A stretch of 64,000 nt of DNA from a virus (IMGVR_UViG_3300033149_003588:74460-138459); one strand, 5' to 3'. Counted from the stretch's first letter, positions 10,540 to 20,987 are shown. A program made the numbers and translations. The notes: a model not told the origin generated them from the letters alone.

Positions 10540-13500
10540 AGGTGTATATAGTTTTAAACCGACTAAGTTTTAATATTGTACTAGAATCAATATACCCATC
10601 AACATTAATTATATACTTACTGTCATGCGCACCCCACAATTTTTCTGATGTATTAAATTTTAAACCAGCATCCTCACATGCTCCAATAGCCTCAATCATC
10701 TCTACCATATTGTCACACTCAATGCGGGCAGCCACAGCATGTCTGGGTTTTTCCATAGCACGAATCGTCATTAAATTTACATACCTTCTATTATTTTTGC
10801 TAGTTTTAATAACACCAATAAAATACAAGTGTGCACCCTTTTTAATATATGCAGCATGCTTATCATAGTTTCTAGGTACCACCTGCGCACGTAGTGTCCC
10901 CGTATTATCTTGGACAAATAATGATATTATATTGTCACCATTGCCAAATGTTATAATCTTGGTATCCACAATAATTCCCGAGAATGAGACTATCGTACCA
11001 TCACTCAACTGCAGAATATTAGATATAGAGGTAACCCCATCATATCCAGTAGATATACAATATGGTAAAACCTGAGATTCACATTGAATCTTATAATCTG
11101 GTGTAAAATCATCTAGTCTAGTCGTCGTTTCATTATCAACATAGTAAATCATCTCCCTACGATTCATATCACCGATCGAATCAAAACACCCAGCATATAT
11201 TAGTGCCCTTTTGACAGTGGCATTACATCTAACTTTGGGTATTCTGTTATGAAAATCAACATAGGAACTAAACAATCCATTACTCTCTCGTTCACTTATA
11301 ATAGCATCAATACTCTTCTCTCCCACCCCCTTAACACCAGACAATCCTATCAATATAATATCATTATCTACTGTAAAATCTTTCTCAGATACATTAATGT
11401 CAGGTGCTTGAATCTTAATATCAAATAACATAGCATCTTCTAGGATCTGTCCCATACGGTCCTTGGATCCAGATGACGAATAATTTAACATAGCGCATAT
11501 AAATTCCGTGGTATAGTGAACCTTTAGATAAGCCATGGTATAGGCCAACATGCCATAAGATACACTATGTGAATAATTCCATGAATATCTAGCAGCAGGT
11601 TTAATCAATTCAAATATTTTTACTGCTAATTCTTTAGTATACCCGTTGTTTATACAACCAGCAATAAACTTATCTTCTTGTGCTAATAATAAATCTTCAT
11701 CCTTTTTCCCCACGGCCTTTCTTAATACATCGGCCTCTGATGCTGTATAACCAGCCATGGTCCTGCCAACCATCATAATCTGCTCTTGGTAAATCATCTG
11801 ACCATAGGTGTCTGATAATATAGATTCAAGATCTGGGTGTATATATTGCACCTGGGCACCATGCCTGCCCTGAATATAAAAATCTGTCTGTCCACTATTC
11901 ATTGGACCAGGACGATATAGTGCACATGCGGCAACTATGTGTTTAAATTCTGATGGTTTAAACATTTTTAGCATATCTCTAAATCCAGCACTCTCCATTT
12001 GAAATACACCGAACGTCTTACCACTAGATAATAGGTCATATGTATCTCTGTCATCTAGTGGTAGATTATAGATATCGATATCAATATTCCTAGTGCGTTT
12101 CACATAATCTACAGTTTTATGTATTATATCCATCGATGTAAGCCCAAGAACATCGAATTTGACATAACCGATTTTCTCTATGTCATTCATGTCATATTGG
12201 GTTACCTCAATACTCTGAGAAGTCTTAGCAACTGGTATATTAGAATCTCCACCACCCAGCACTATACCAGCAGCATGTACTGTTAAATTAATGGGAAGTC
12301 CAGCAAGTTTAGTAACTAAAACTGGCCATTCTGCATTAACAGAGGCAAATTTGTGGAACAACATAGTATCTGCTACAAATTCATCAATATCATAATCGTG
12401 CATCGGTATATCCGCTATATATTTATTAATAACAGTAGACTGTATACCAAGCACAGTACCAATCCTTCTAAGAGCTGATTTGAGATGAAGTCTATTAAAC
12501 GAACCTATTTGAAATGCACCATTATATTTATCACGAATATATTGAAGCAACTCCTGCCTGCGATCCCTTTCATAATCACAATCGATATCAGGTGGCGACA
12601 CCCTATCCTCATTTAAAAATCTCTCAAACAACATATTGTGCTTAATAGGATCTAGATTAGTAATACCAAGTAACCACACCACCAAACTACCAGCTGCACT
12701 GCCACGCCCATATGACATATAAATATTGTTACAACGAGCATATTCAGCAATATCCGCAACAATCATAAAATAGTCAGAAAACCCCAGTTTCTCTATTACC
12801 GATAGCTCATAGTCCAATCTATCAACATACTCATCATTATTAAGCCCCAATTCAAATAATCTCCTAGTACATTTATCTCTAATTTGAGACATCGTATCGC
12901 CATAAATCCGAGGCATTTTTAGTGACTTATCTATATTATATCCCTCAAACCATTCCAAAATCTGAGTAGTATTATTAATATACCTATCATCTACGCCTAA
13001 TGATCTTATTTCATCTATCGTACAAAAATGATAATTACTGCCTTCAAATTTTAACCTCTTTATATCGGATAGTTTTTTCTTGGTGCGTATACATAATACC
13101 ACATCATGAGCAAATGCATCATCTGGATTCAAATAATGCGCATCATTGGTATATATTATTTTATTGTGATCAAAATGTTCCAATAGAAAATTATTAATAG
13201 TTGATTCTATTTCTATACCATGATCCATCATTTCATATAACAATTTGTCACCAAACAAATCAAGAAGCTTGGCATTCCATTCTAGGGCGGCATCGATGTT
13301 ACCAAGCTCAATATTCTTAGATATAGGACCGGCAATACATGCTGTAGAGCATACTAATCCCTCGGAATACTGAGTTAACAACTCATAATCTATCCTAGGA
13401 TTACGATAAAACCCCCTAGTATACGCCAATGAGGCAAGCCTTACTAAATTATTATATCCGATATCATTCATGGCATAAAGCACTAAATGATACCTATGAA

Positions 13501-13771
13501 GCTCACCCTTCTTATATTTCTTTTTGTCCATAGAATCTGGAGCCATATAGGCTTCCATGCCTATAATAACAGGGATATCAATACTACTCGATAATTCTAG
13601 CAAAGATGGCATATTAAATATGTTACCATGCTCAGTAATGGCTACCGCTGGGTACCCTCTTTCTTTTGCACGCCTCAAATAATCCTCACGACGCATAATG
13701 GAATCCAACATCGAATATTCTGTATGCATGTGTAATGGAACATAATTCACAGACATGGTGCTCCCTAACAA
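10532..13771 (-). CDS. dnaE: DNA polymerase III alpha subunit (family C)
   Basis: PHP domain (HMHTEYS, TNDAHY), catalytic PDIDCD, KFDVLGL, FNxSH-like WNYSHS, OB fold. No intein. Confidence 0.96.
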   Translation of the reverse strand: MLGSTMSVNYVPLHMHTEYSMLDSIMRREDYLRRAKERGYPAVAITEHGNIFNMPSLLELSSSIDIPVIIGMEAYMAPDSMDKKKYKKGELHRYHLVLYAMNDIGYNNLVRLASLAYTRGFYRNPRIDYELLTQYSEGLVCSTACIAGPISKNIELGNIDAALEWNAKLLDLFGDKLLYEMMDHGIEIESTINNFLLEHFDHNKIIYTNDAHYLNPDDAFAHDVVLCIRTKKKLSDIKRLKFEGSNYHFCTIDEIRSLGVDDRYINNTTQILEWFEGYNIDKSLKMPRIYGDTMSQIRDKCTRRLFELGLNNDEYVDRLDYELSVIEKLGFSDYFMIVADIAEYARCNNIYMSYGRGSAAGSLVVWLLGITNLDPIKHNMLFERFLNEDRVSPPDIDCDYERDRRQELLQYIRDKYNGAFQIGSFNRLHLKSALRRIGTVLGIQSTVINKYIADIPMHDYDIDEFVADTMLFHKFASVNAEWPVLVTKLAGLPINLTVHAAGIVLGGGDSNIPVAKTSQSIEVTQYDMNDIEKIGYVKFDVLGLTSMDIIHKTVDYVKRTRNIDIDIYNLPLDDRDTYDLLSSGKTFGVFQMESAGFRDMLKMFKPSEFKHIVAACALYRPGPMNSGQTDFYIQGRHGAQVQYIHPDLESILSDTYGQMIYQEQIMMVGRTMAGYTASEADVLRKAVGKKDEDLLLAQEDKFIAGCINNGYTKELAVKIFELIKPAARYSWNYSHSVSYGMLAYTMAYLKVHYTTEFICAMLNYSSSGSKDRMGQILEDAMLFDIKIQAPDINVSEKDFTVDNDIILIGLSGVKGVGEKSIDAIISERESNGLFSSYVDFHNRIPKVRCNATVKRALIYAGCFDSIGDMNRREMIYYVDNETTTRLDDFTPDYKIQCESQVLPYCISTGYDGVTSISNILQLSDGTIVSFSGIIVDTKIITFGNGDNIISLFVQDNTGTLRAQVVPRNYDKHAAYIKKGAHLYFIGVIKTSKNNRRYVNLMTIRAMEKPRHAVAARIECDNMVEMIEAIGACEDAGLKFNTSEKLWGAHDSKYIINVDGYIDSSTILKLSRFKTIYTYE

Positions 13772-14454
13772 TTTAATAATTTAACATCATCTATATTGCT
13801 AGTCATTTTGATATCGTTTACTAATTGTCCCAATTCATTACATGGATACCCATGTTCACTAGGATCGATTAATTGTTGAATATAATAATGCTTAGCACCT
13901 ACGATAAAATTCATAACAACATTATGAATATCTAGTATATCAACAATACGAGAATCCATTGTGGTCCTAAAATATATATTATCGCTACCCAAGCTAGCAG
14001 CATGACGTATGTTGCTACAGACAGTATCGACAATTGGAGTGTGCTTCTTAAATACTCGATGATATTTTGTGGGTACTGTTTTCACATCTAGCGCTATAAT
14101 ATCAAACAAATCAAGGCACTCAACAAACAACGATTGAGAACAAGATGAATTACTATCGAGTTTTATGTTCCACCCAAGATTAAGAGCATATTCTGCAGCT
14201 TCAATTAACCTAGTGCCATACATAGTTGGTTCCCCACCACTAAATACTAAATTTTGGGTAAAACCACCATATTTACGCAATAGCGGAGTAAGAGAATTTA
14301 TTAATGATCCAGTAATGGGATGCGCGCGTGCTATGTCAATATTGTGACAATAAGGACATGACATGGTACAACCAGGTAAAAATAATACAAGAGAATTACC
14401 ATTAGGATAATCTATAGTAGAAAAAAGGTGAGGTATTTCAAATACCTTGCGCAT
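13765..14454 (-). CDS. nrdG: Anaerobic RNR activating radical-SAM enzyme
   Basis: CTMSCPYC cluster motif, FSGGEP; adjacent to nrdD. Confidence 0.9.
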   Translation of the reverse strand: MRKVFEIPHLFSTIDYPNGNSLVLFLPGCTMSCPYCHNIDIARAHPITGSLINSLTPLLRKYGGFTQNLVFSGGEPTMYGTRLIEAAEYALNLGWNIKLDSNSSCSQSLFVECLDLFDIIALDVKTVPTKYHRVFKKHTPIVDTVCSNIRHAASLGSDNIYFRTTMDSRIVDILDIHNVVMNFIVGAKHYYIQQLIDPSEHGYPCNELGQLVNDIKMTSNIDDVKLLNC

Positions 14455-14471
14455 TATTTTAATGCACCACT

Positions 14472-17400
14472 TTAATAAATATGTCTATTCTCAAATTCTG
14501 TTTGCTTACCAGCATTCCATAAACTCACAGGCCTATAATATCCTACCACCCTAGAATAAGTATCTATAGTATATGGTTGGCCATCACTATGGTCATATGG
14601 GCATTCGGAATATTTCCCAGTCATATATCCGTGCCTGGAGCATATGCTGTATACCGGTGTTATACTAAAATATGGTAATATGGTATTATTAGCTATGGAC
14701 TTCACTATATCTCTAGCTTGCGCTGGTTTCAATTCTGAACCAATATGTAAATGTAAAACAGTGCCACCAGTAAAATTACTTTGAAGATCTTGTTGAGCGA
14801 TGGCATGCTCTATAATATCACCATCATATGATGGATGGAAATGCACAGAATTAGAAAAATATGGCACACCATTACCCTCAGATGATTCATATATATCTGG
14901 ATATTTTATCCTTGCGAGCCTAGCTAGTCTAGTAGTAGCACCTTCAGCGGGTGTAGCTTCTAAATTATATAATGTCTGGTCCTCATCTCGCATATGATCA
15001 AGCCTATCAAGTATATATTCCATAGTTTCGATACCAAACCTGGTAGCAGTACTATCGTGCAATGGTAAACCCAATAAATTCATAGTAGCGTCATGCATGC
15101 CTATGATACCTATTGTATTAAAATAGGTCTTCCAGTATTCATTGTATGTTTCTTTATTGTCCTTTAGCCACCTAGCAGACATCGGATATAATCCCTGATC
15201 TGCACGCCTTTCTATTTCAGCACGCCTTGCCATCGATACATTTCTTGCAATGTCAAGATATTTATCTAATAATACCCTAAACCTATCAACACTACCATCA
15301 GCTTCATATGCTAACATGGGCAATGAAATAGAACATACTGTCGTACTCCCTGTTCCAGCAGCGCTACCAAATAATCCAAATACTTGTTTCTTTTCCTTGG
15401 TATGCTCCGACAATTTACACTCGTAATTATTATTCATTACATTGTTAATCTCATTGTGATCTATGCGTAGACGGCAATTATGCGTAACAATGCCATTAGG
15501 CAACTGAATGGCATGCATATCATTATCCACTTCTACATCATATACATATCCGGTGTAATCTACCGATTCAATACTGGCAACACGTCTAGCGTGTAAACCA
15601 CCGGTTATAAACATCTTTTGAAACTCAGTGATGGATTTTAGGTACCCGGCGATTATCTCATAGTTAGAGGTGTACGATTTACGATATGTATTAATAGCAC
15701 CGGGGTGCTTCTCGCATGTTATATTATCCTCGGTGATACCAAGCACGCTAGGATCTATACCATACCACCTACTTTTAGTATCGTAATTAAGTTGTGGTAT
15801 TATCTTTGGTATGTCCTCAGAAATAATAGTAACTATATAGGAATCCCAATATGTATTAGTACGCCAACTTCTTTCTTTTTTATATCTAATAGTGGAGTTT
15901 ATACCAACGGAACGCATTAGTGCTTGCATGCCAACTGATAAATCATATGATGCTATGTGAAACATAACTTCATGTCCACCAGTTGTTTTGACTCTGTGGT
16001 ACCCGTCGCCATCTATAAACCCAGCAATAACACCAGACCTGAAATCTAGTGGAGTACTAAATATATATTGCCCAATACCCTTATCCCTAACTATATCATC
16101 TGTACCAAACAAATTACGTAATAAATCATAAAGTCCGTGATCACTACAAATGGCGATTCTTATTGAATTGTCTCTATAATGAGTAGTATATGAACATTTA
16201 ATACCAAGTATATCATTAACAAATCTGCACACGAACTCTACCAAATCTAGTTCATCAGTGCCAAAATACATGGCCAAACTCTTGCTACCATTATGTTGCT
16301 TGCATCCCTCGGCCAGATATAACCCAACAAATCTACCAAAATTATAGTCTAACTCGACATTGCGACCATTAATATTTATGTACTCATCATATTGACATAC
16401 ATCAAATCCCTTTGTCATCAATAACCAATCACCCAACACTAACGATTCAGCAGACACTTCTATAATATTACCACCAACAACAGTAAAACATGGATGGTCT
16501 GGAGTTATAGACATCGCTCTACCATCATCCAGCGTCACCTTAATAATATTGCCATTGTATTTCTTCCTTAATATATGATTTACCGGTGCATAAACTGATT
16601 CGCCGTCACTATCAATCGACAATATAGATAATCTATCGCCGGGTTTATACCACTCGGCATCATCATCGGCTCGAATGCTTTCGTCACAATAGTCATCAAG
16701 ACCGCTAGCATTAATATATTCCGTACGCCCTCCTATTTGTATAAGTAATGGAGTATTGGCGGTAAAGCAACACATACTAGTTGTATCATCAGGGCTATTA
16801 TCAGAATTGATATAATTGGAAAAATATGGGGTACCATATTTAGCAGTAACATTCCATAACATCTCACGATCATCATCGAAATTAAACTCTTTAGTAATAC
16901 TTATTGTAGGAATGGGGAATGTCATAGGTATAGGTGCATCATAAAACAATTCAAACAACACCTCAGCTATTAACAATGCTTGATCAGAAAAATCCCCATA
17001 TGTATAAGAATCAACATGCTTGCCTGCGTGTATAATCTTTTTATTATATAGTGATGGTGTATAACCATAATCTAACGTAATATTAGAGAAAACAGTCTGA
17101 TAACCCGGTCGTATAAGACTATTATTTAAGAAATATATGAATTCTTGTAATGATTGTTTAACCTGTGCCCTAGTAAGACCATCAAATGCCACATAGGGAC
17201 TCAATAGCGTGTCAAAATTACTTACAGCAATCGCCCCTGCATATTCATTTTGCATAATAAACATAAAACTAGCTAGCTGCATAAGGGCAGAACTAAAATG
17301 CTTGGCTGGATCATGCCCAAGATAAGATGCATATTGGGCATTACCGTTTAATAAAAGGTCAGATAATGAAAACCCCGCACAATATGGCCCGAGAAATCCT

Positions 17401-17615
17401 AAGTCGTGTATATGTATATATCCATCCTGGTGGGCAACTTTAGCTTCACTATCAAATACTTCATTTAGCCAATAATCCTTAATAGCATCATTAAGATATG
17501 TACTATATAGATGCGATATACTTGGCGATGAATTGGCATTTTCTGTTCTAATGTCAGCATTTAGCAAATATCGATCAATTGAAGTCCTAAAATCTCTAGA
17601 CATGATACTCATCAC
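14472..17615 (-). CDS. nrdD: Class III anaerobic ribonucleotide reductase (no ATP-cone), intein-containing
   Basis: IHIHDL, SMC/CRL active-site segment, EATPAEG, YSRVVGY glycyl-radical loop. About 616 aa after splicing. Confidence 0.96.
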   Translation of the reverse strand: MMSIMSRDFRTSIDRYLLNADIRTENANSSPSISHLYSTYLNDAIKDYWLNEVFDSEAKVAHQDGYIHIHDLGFLGPYCAGFSLSDLLLNGNAQYASYLGHDPAKHFSSALMQLASFMFIMQNEYAGAIAVSNFDTLLSPYVAFDGLTRAQVKQSLQEFIYFLNNSLIRPGYQTVFSNITLDYGYTPSLYNKKIIHAGKHVDSYTYGDFSDQALLIAEVLFELFYDAPIPMTFPIPTISITKEFNFDDDREMLWNVTAKYGTPYFSNYINSDNSPDDTTSMCCFTANTPLLIQIGGRTEYINASGLDDYCDESIRADDDAEWYKPGDRLSILSIDSDGESVYAPVNHILRKKYNGNIIKVTLDDGRAMSITPDHPCFTVVGGNIIEVSAESLVLGDWLLMTKGFDVCQYDEYININGRNVELDYNFGRFVGLYLAEGCKQHNGSKSLAMYFGTDELDLVEFVCRFVNDILGIKCSYTTHYRDNSIRIAICSDHGLYDLLRNLFGTDDIVRDKGIGQYIFSTPLDFRSGVIAGFIDGDGYHRVKTTGGHEVMFHIASYDLSVGMQALMRSVGINSTIRYKKERSWRTNTYWDSYIVTIISEDIPKIIPQLNYDTKSRWYGIDPSVLGITEDNITCEKHPGAINTYRKSYTSNYEIIAGYLKSITEFQKMFITGGLHARRVASIESVDYTGYVYDVEVDNDMHAIQLPNGIVTHNCRLRIDHNEINNVMNNNYECKLSEHTKEKKQVFGLFGSAAGTGSTTVCSISLPMLAYEADGSVDRFRVLLDKYLDIARNVSMARRAEIERRADQGLYPMSARWLKDNKETYNEYWKTYFNTIGIIGMHDATMNLLGLPLHDSTATRFGIETMEYILDRLDHMRDEDQTLYNLEATPAEGATTRLARLARIKYPDIYESSEGNGVPYFSNSVHFHPSYDGDIIEHAIAQQDLQSNFTGGTVLHLHIGSELKPAQARDIVKSIANNTILPYFSITPVYSICSRHGYMTGKYSECPYDHSDGQPYTIDTYSRVVGYYRPVSLWNAGKQTEFENRHIY
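15477..16769 (-). mobile_element. Intein (431 aa) with LAGLIDADG homing endonuclease at the NrdD catalytic-Cys site
   Basis: Starts C1 (CFTANT) and ends VTHN followed by C+1. LAGLIDADG blocks FVGLYLAEG and IAGFIDGDG. Removal restores SMCCRL. Confidence 0.95.
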
Positions 17616-17703
17616 TCCCTAATAAAATTAAATTCCTATATCACTAGTATATCGACTAATGACAATACCTAAAAATGAAGATTTATTAGGGAGATTTAGG
17701 GAC
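17584..17703 (-). promoter_or_regulatory. Structured nrdD leader that can sequester the Shine-Dalgarno sequence
   Basis: Perfect 12-bp inverted repeat (17615-17626 / 17682-17693) covering AGGGAG, with an outer imperfect stem and an inner hairpin. Confidence 0.5.
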
Positions 17704-17766
17704 TATGAATATATCGTTGATTCATAACAATAATTTTATGTGTGATAGTATAATCTTACGCTATGT

Positions 17767-18129
17767 CTACTGAATGGGTTCTAAATATGGGCTTGTTGCC
17801 ACTCTCTTAGCCAGCCATGTTGAATCAACAAAATAATAAGTAGTACATGGATCTATAGTATATTCCTTATAATATAGTGAATCCATGGCAATCAGACTAT
17901 CATTTATATAATACGATCGTTTAATGACACGGTATATGATCGCCGTATCGATAATGACAGGTCCAAAATATAGTGTATCAAGCAACCACAACGAGTCAAC
18001 AGCACTGACATATATGCTATCTGCAACACTTATAGCAATCCGCATATCCTCCAATGTACCAGGCTCCAAACATAGGGCAATCACTATCACCAACAATAAC
18101 ATTAAAAATATTCTCGCTGTCTCTATCAT
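17767..18129 (-). CDS. Hypothetical protein with N-terminal signal/TM segment
   Basis: RIFLMLLLVIVIALC hydrophobic N-terminus. Confidence 0.7.
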   Translation of the reverse strand: MIETARIFLMLLLVIVIALCLEPGTLEDMRIAISVADSIYVSAVDSLWLLDTLYFGPVIIDTAIIYRVIKRSYYINDSLIAMDSLYYKEYTIDPCTTYYFVDSTWLAKRVATSPYLEPIQ

Positions 18130-18131
18130 TA

Positions 18132-19589
18132 TTATTCTCCCTTATGAAAATAAATCCTTGAGGGTTCTGGCGGACACACTTCGCATTCCGTTTCTGTGTA
18201 TGGACTGCGCCAACCGATTGCAGGCGTCGTCGAGCCGTCCCGAAAACAATGCCCGATGTCGTCTGTGCGAGGGGCGTAGAGTCCAAACGCATCATTAACT
18301 CCTATAATTTTTGCGCTGTCAGCTTGCGCTACTTTGTCAGCATCGAGTTCGGGGTCGAAGGTATAGTAAGTTATATTTGTATCTGTAGTAGATTGAAAAT
18401 TATTATCATTATTATATAGACAAAGTCCGTCAGCGTCAAGCTCTGAAACAAGGTAAATTCCATATTGGCAATTTGAAAAAATACTATTTAATATCGCAAC
18501 AGAGGACTCTTTACCTCCAAAACCCCTGTAAAACGAATCAATAACAGTATTAACGATACTGGCGCTAAACAATATTCCACTACCATCTGTTCTTATTGCA
18601 TAGTCACTTCCTCTATTGCCCAAAAACTTACACCTTTCAATATATAAATGTTCAGTAAGTCTACAATAGATACAACTCCCACTCGACCCGCCTGAAAAAT
18701 CACACGCCACAAACCTATCGCCACTATAATAATAAGCATAAACACCATAATCAGTAAAATGGCGAAAAGAACATTTAATTGCTTCTAATTCACCTCTATG
18801 GTGAACAAGTTTTGTGGGACGGCCTTCCAAGCTATCTAAAATAGTATTATACATAAACATATAAAAGGGACTAGCATCTTGATATATAAGGGTAGTGCCA
18901 GAATTTCCCCTTATTACAGAATTTAGGACATACAATCTTGTGCTCTGACCAGGATTTATCCCATATCCCGTTACTACATCTAAAGAGCATTCATCCATAA
19001 TAAGACCAGAAAAGCTTCCTTGAACGAATATTGAGCCAGAAATTCCATTGATACATTTTACATTATTTATCCGAGGAAGCACTTCACTAGTCCGGCCACA
19101 ATATTGTTCTACTTGTATACATCTTCGTTCACCCTCTCCATCGATATAGATATACTCTGTGCTGTCGGGATAACGCATAACTACAACACCCTCACCACCA
19201 TCATCCGGAAATAACCAAGTTTCTAAAAATTTTGTTCCAGGGCCATTAGTGTAGGCATATATAGTATCGCCTGGCCCAGCATCGGCAATCGCAGCCCCAA
19301 AAGTCGCCTCCTCGTCTCCTATGCCTGTCCCGCCGTTGGCATCATCTCCAGCAACGGTATTGACCCACCAGCAAGTCGCATTCGTCGCAACGGCAAAAGC
19401 AAACAAGGTCAAAAATATCCCGAAAGCCAGAAGCCAATTATGCGTTATCAATATATCGAAATGCTCTTTTATTTTGTGTTTTATATCTATAACCCTAAAC
19501 CAGTTATACACCACCAATAAGTCGAAACACTCTTTTATTTTATTTTTTATATTCATTTTCCTTAACTTGATGTTAAATCTCCGTTCCAA
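18132..19589 (-). CDS. Right-handed parallel beta-helix (pectin-lyase-like) protein with signal-like segment
   Basis: WLLAFGIFLTLFAFAVATNA, then WWVNTVAGDDANGGTG and ~22-aa beta-helix repeats (I..C.F..N). Confidence 0.7.
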   Translation of the reverse strand: MERRFNIKLRKMNIKNKIKECFDLLVVYNWFRVIDIKHKIKEHFDILITHNWLLAFGIFLTLFAFAVATNATCWWVNTVAGDDANGGTGIGDEEATFGAAIADAGPGDTIYAYTNGPGTKFLETWLFPDDGGEGVVVMRYPDSTEYIYIDGEGERRCIQVEQYCGRTSEVLPRINNVKCINGISGSIFVQGSFSGLIMDECSLDVVTGYGINPGQSTRLYVLNSVIRGNSGTTLIYQDASPFYMFMYNTILDSLEGRPTKLVHHRGELEAIKCSFRHFTDYGVYAYYYSGDRFVACDFSGGSSGSCIYCRLTEHLYIERCKFLGNRGSDYAIRTDGSGILFSASIVNTVIDSFYRGFGGKESSVAILNSIFSNCQYGIYLVSELDADGLCLYNNDNNFQSTTDTNITYYTFDPELDADKVAQADSAKIIGVNDAFGLYAPRTDDIGHCFRDGSTTPAIGWRSPYTETECEVCPPEPSRIYFHKGE

Positions 19590-19798
19590 TTAGGCTTGCC
19601 TCGAAACAGTTTATTAAGAGTTTTTCTTATTTTTCCATTTCCCAAAGACAATATAGTCGCAAACCCTTTCTCCCCCCAATAAATAGATAAACCAACAAAC
19701 CAAAGACACAAATAAAATCCATTGGGCTTATTAGCACCACCAGACCAACAACCAAAATCCCATTTATGGTCTCGTTTCAGTTCGATTACTAGTATCAT
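19562..19798 (-). CDS. Small hypothetical membrane protein
   Basis: 78 aa aromatic-rich ORF in operon context. Confidence 0.55.
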   Translation of the reverse strand: MILVIELKRDHKWDFGCWSGGANKPNGFYLCLWFVGLSIYWGEKGFATILSLGNGKIRKTLNKLFRGKPNWNGDLTSS

Positions 19799-19801
19799 AA
19801 T

Positions 19802-19921
19802 TTATCCTATACCCTTGCCACTAAAAAGATACTTTATGGCATCCCATAATTTATGATACCATCGCCACGTACGAATATCATTTGGGTCATATTTACGTCT
19901 TTTCTTTTTAGAGGTTTTCAT
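19802..19921 (-). CDS. Small hypothetical protein (39 aa)
   Basis: Manual: MKTSKKKRRKYDPNDIRTWRWYHKLWDAIKYLFSGKGIG. GGAGG RBS and ATGA overlap with the upstream gene. Confidence 0.6.
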   Translation of the reverse strand: MKTSKKKRRKYDPNDIRTWRWYHKLWDAIKYLFSGKGIG

Positions 19922-20301
19922 TTTTCCTCCTCTGGCTTAAACCACCCTTCATAAAATCTACGATAATTAAACATCTCATAAACTTTAGCAGTCTTGAAGT
20001 ATTTCTCATATTTTATACATCCACAACGAGGATAGGGAGACTTCTCAACACATCTATAACATTCGACCGAATCGGGAGTTTGATAAAAGAGAATTAATCG
20101 ATTATCGGCATCATAATAATTAATCCGTAACATTTTTACTTGTCTCCCGTGCCATAAAACATCGTGTATAAATACGACTGTATCAGCACGTTCAATCGCA
20201 TAGACCATATCACAGGCTTTTTTACTTGATATTCTTTCGGGGCCAACACAACCCGCAAATAATATCAATATAATCGAAACCAATATTATTATATACTTCA
20301 T
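19918..20301 (-). CDS. Putative lipoprotein
   Basis: MKYIIILVSIILILFAGC lipobox-type signal. Confidence 0.75.
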   Translation of the reverse strand: MKYIIILVSIILILFAGCVGPERISSKKACDMVYAIERADTVVFIHDVLWHGRQVKMLRINYYDADNRLILFYQTPDSVECYRCVEKSPYPRCGCIKYEKYFKTAKVYEMFNYRRFYEGWFKPEEEK

Positions 20302-20373
20302 TTTTTCTCCTTATGTTATATCATTCTCTTTATCCAAGCCATCAACAATACTATGTTCCAAATTTATTTCATC

Positions 20374-20544
20374 TCAGCAAAGAGGCGTAGTATTGTCTGA
20401 TAGCTCTGTTCTCACGCCTTCATATTTTTTGTCGGATTCTGTAAATCTCATCAAATATCTGACTCGTATTTCTTCACTTGGTAAATGTAATTGTTTATAT
20501 ACTTTTAAAATTTCTTCTTCGGTAAGTAGTTCTTTCTTGTTCAC
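20374..20544 (-). CDS. Small hypothetical protein (56 aa)
   Basis: Manual: GTG start after GGAG, VNKKELLTEEEILKVY...; fills the gap between genes. Confidence 0.55.
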   Translation of the reverse strand: MNKKELLTEEEILKVYKQLHLPSEEIRVRYLMRFTESDKKYEGVRTELSDNTTPLC

Positions 20545-20553
20545 TTTTCTCCC

Positions 20554-20961
20554 TTATTTTGTTTTCTCATGTCTATACCATTTACTTTTTTCTGGGCATA
20601 ATGCCATATATCGCCTCGATTTATTACTGCAATAGCCGATAACCTCGACCAAGAACACCTTGCCATCTCTCCAATACAATCTCGTTTTAGACCTTACTTG
20701 ATTTCCGAGAGTATCGTATTCGCCGATAGTTATCGAGTCGGGCAATCGCTCGACCGTATCCACAATAATCTCTTGATAATTAATAATTGCATTGGCACTA
20801 TCTGTATCTATTGGTTTTAATTCATCAATACCCGGCAATTCAAATGTTTCTCCGCGGGTATTTTCACAGAGTGCCGCAAAGGTTAGAATTACTACTGTGA
20901 CAATAAAGACTATCAAAATATAGGGGGAATTGCTCTTATGCTCCTTGCTTCTTTTTTTCAT
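20554..20961 (-). CDS. Hypothetical protein with N-terminal TM/signal
   Basis: YILIVFIVTVVILTFAALC. Confidence 0.7.
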   Translation of the reverse strand: MKKRSKEHKSNSPYILIVFIVTVVILTFAALCENTRGETFELPGIDELKPIDTDSANAIINYQEIIVDTVERLPDSITIGEYDTLGNQVRSKTRLYWRDGKVFLVEVIGYCSNKSRRYMALCPEKSKWYRHEKTK

Positions 20962-20987
20962 TTCGATTATCCTCTATTACTTTATTT

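Noticed and set aside
4034-13771. Inteins in terL or dnaE
   Set aside because: Lengths are normal and there are no C...HN/C splice junctions or LAGLIDADG blocks.
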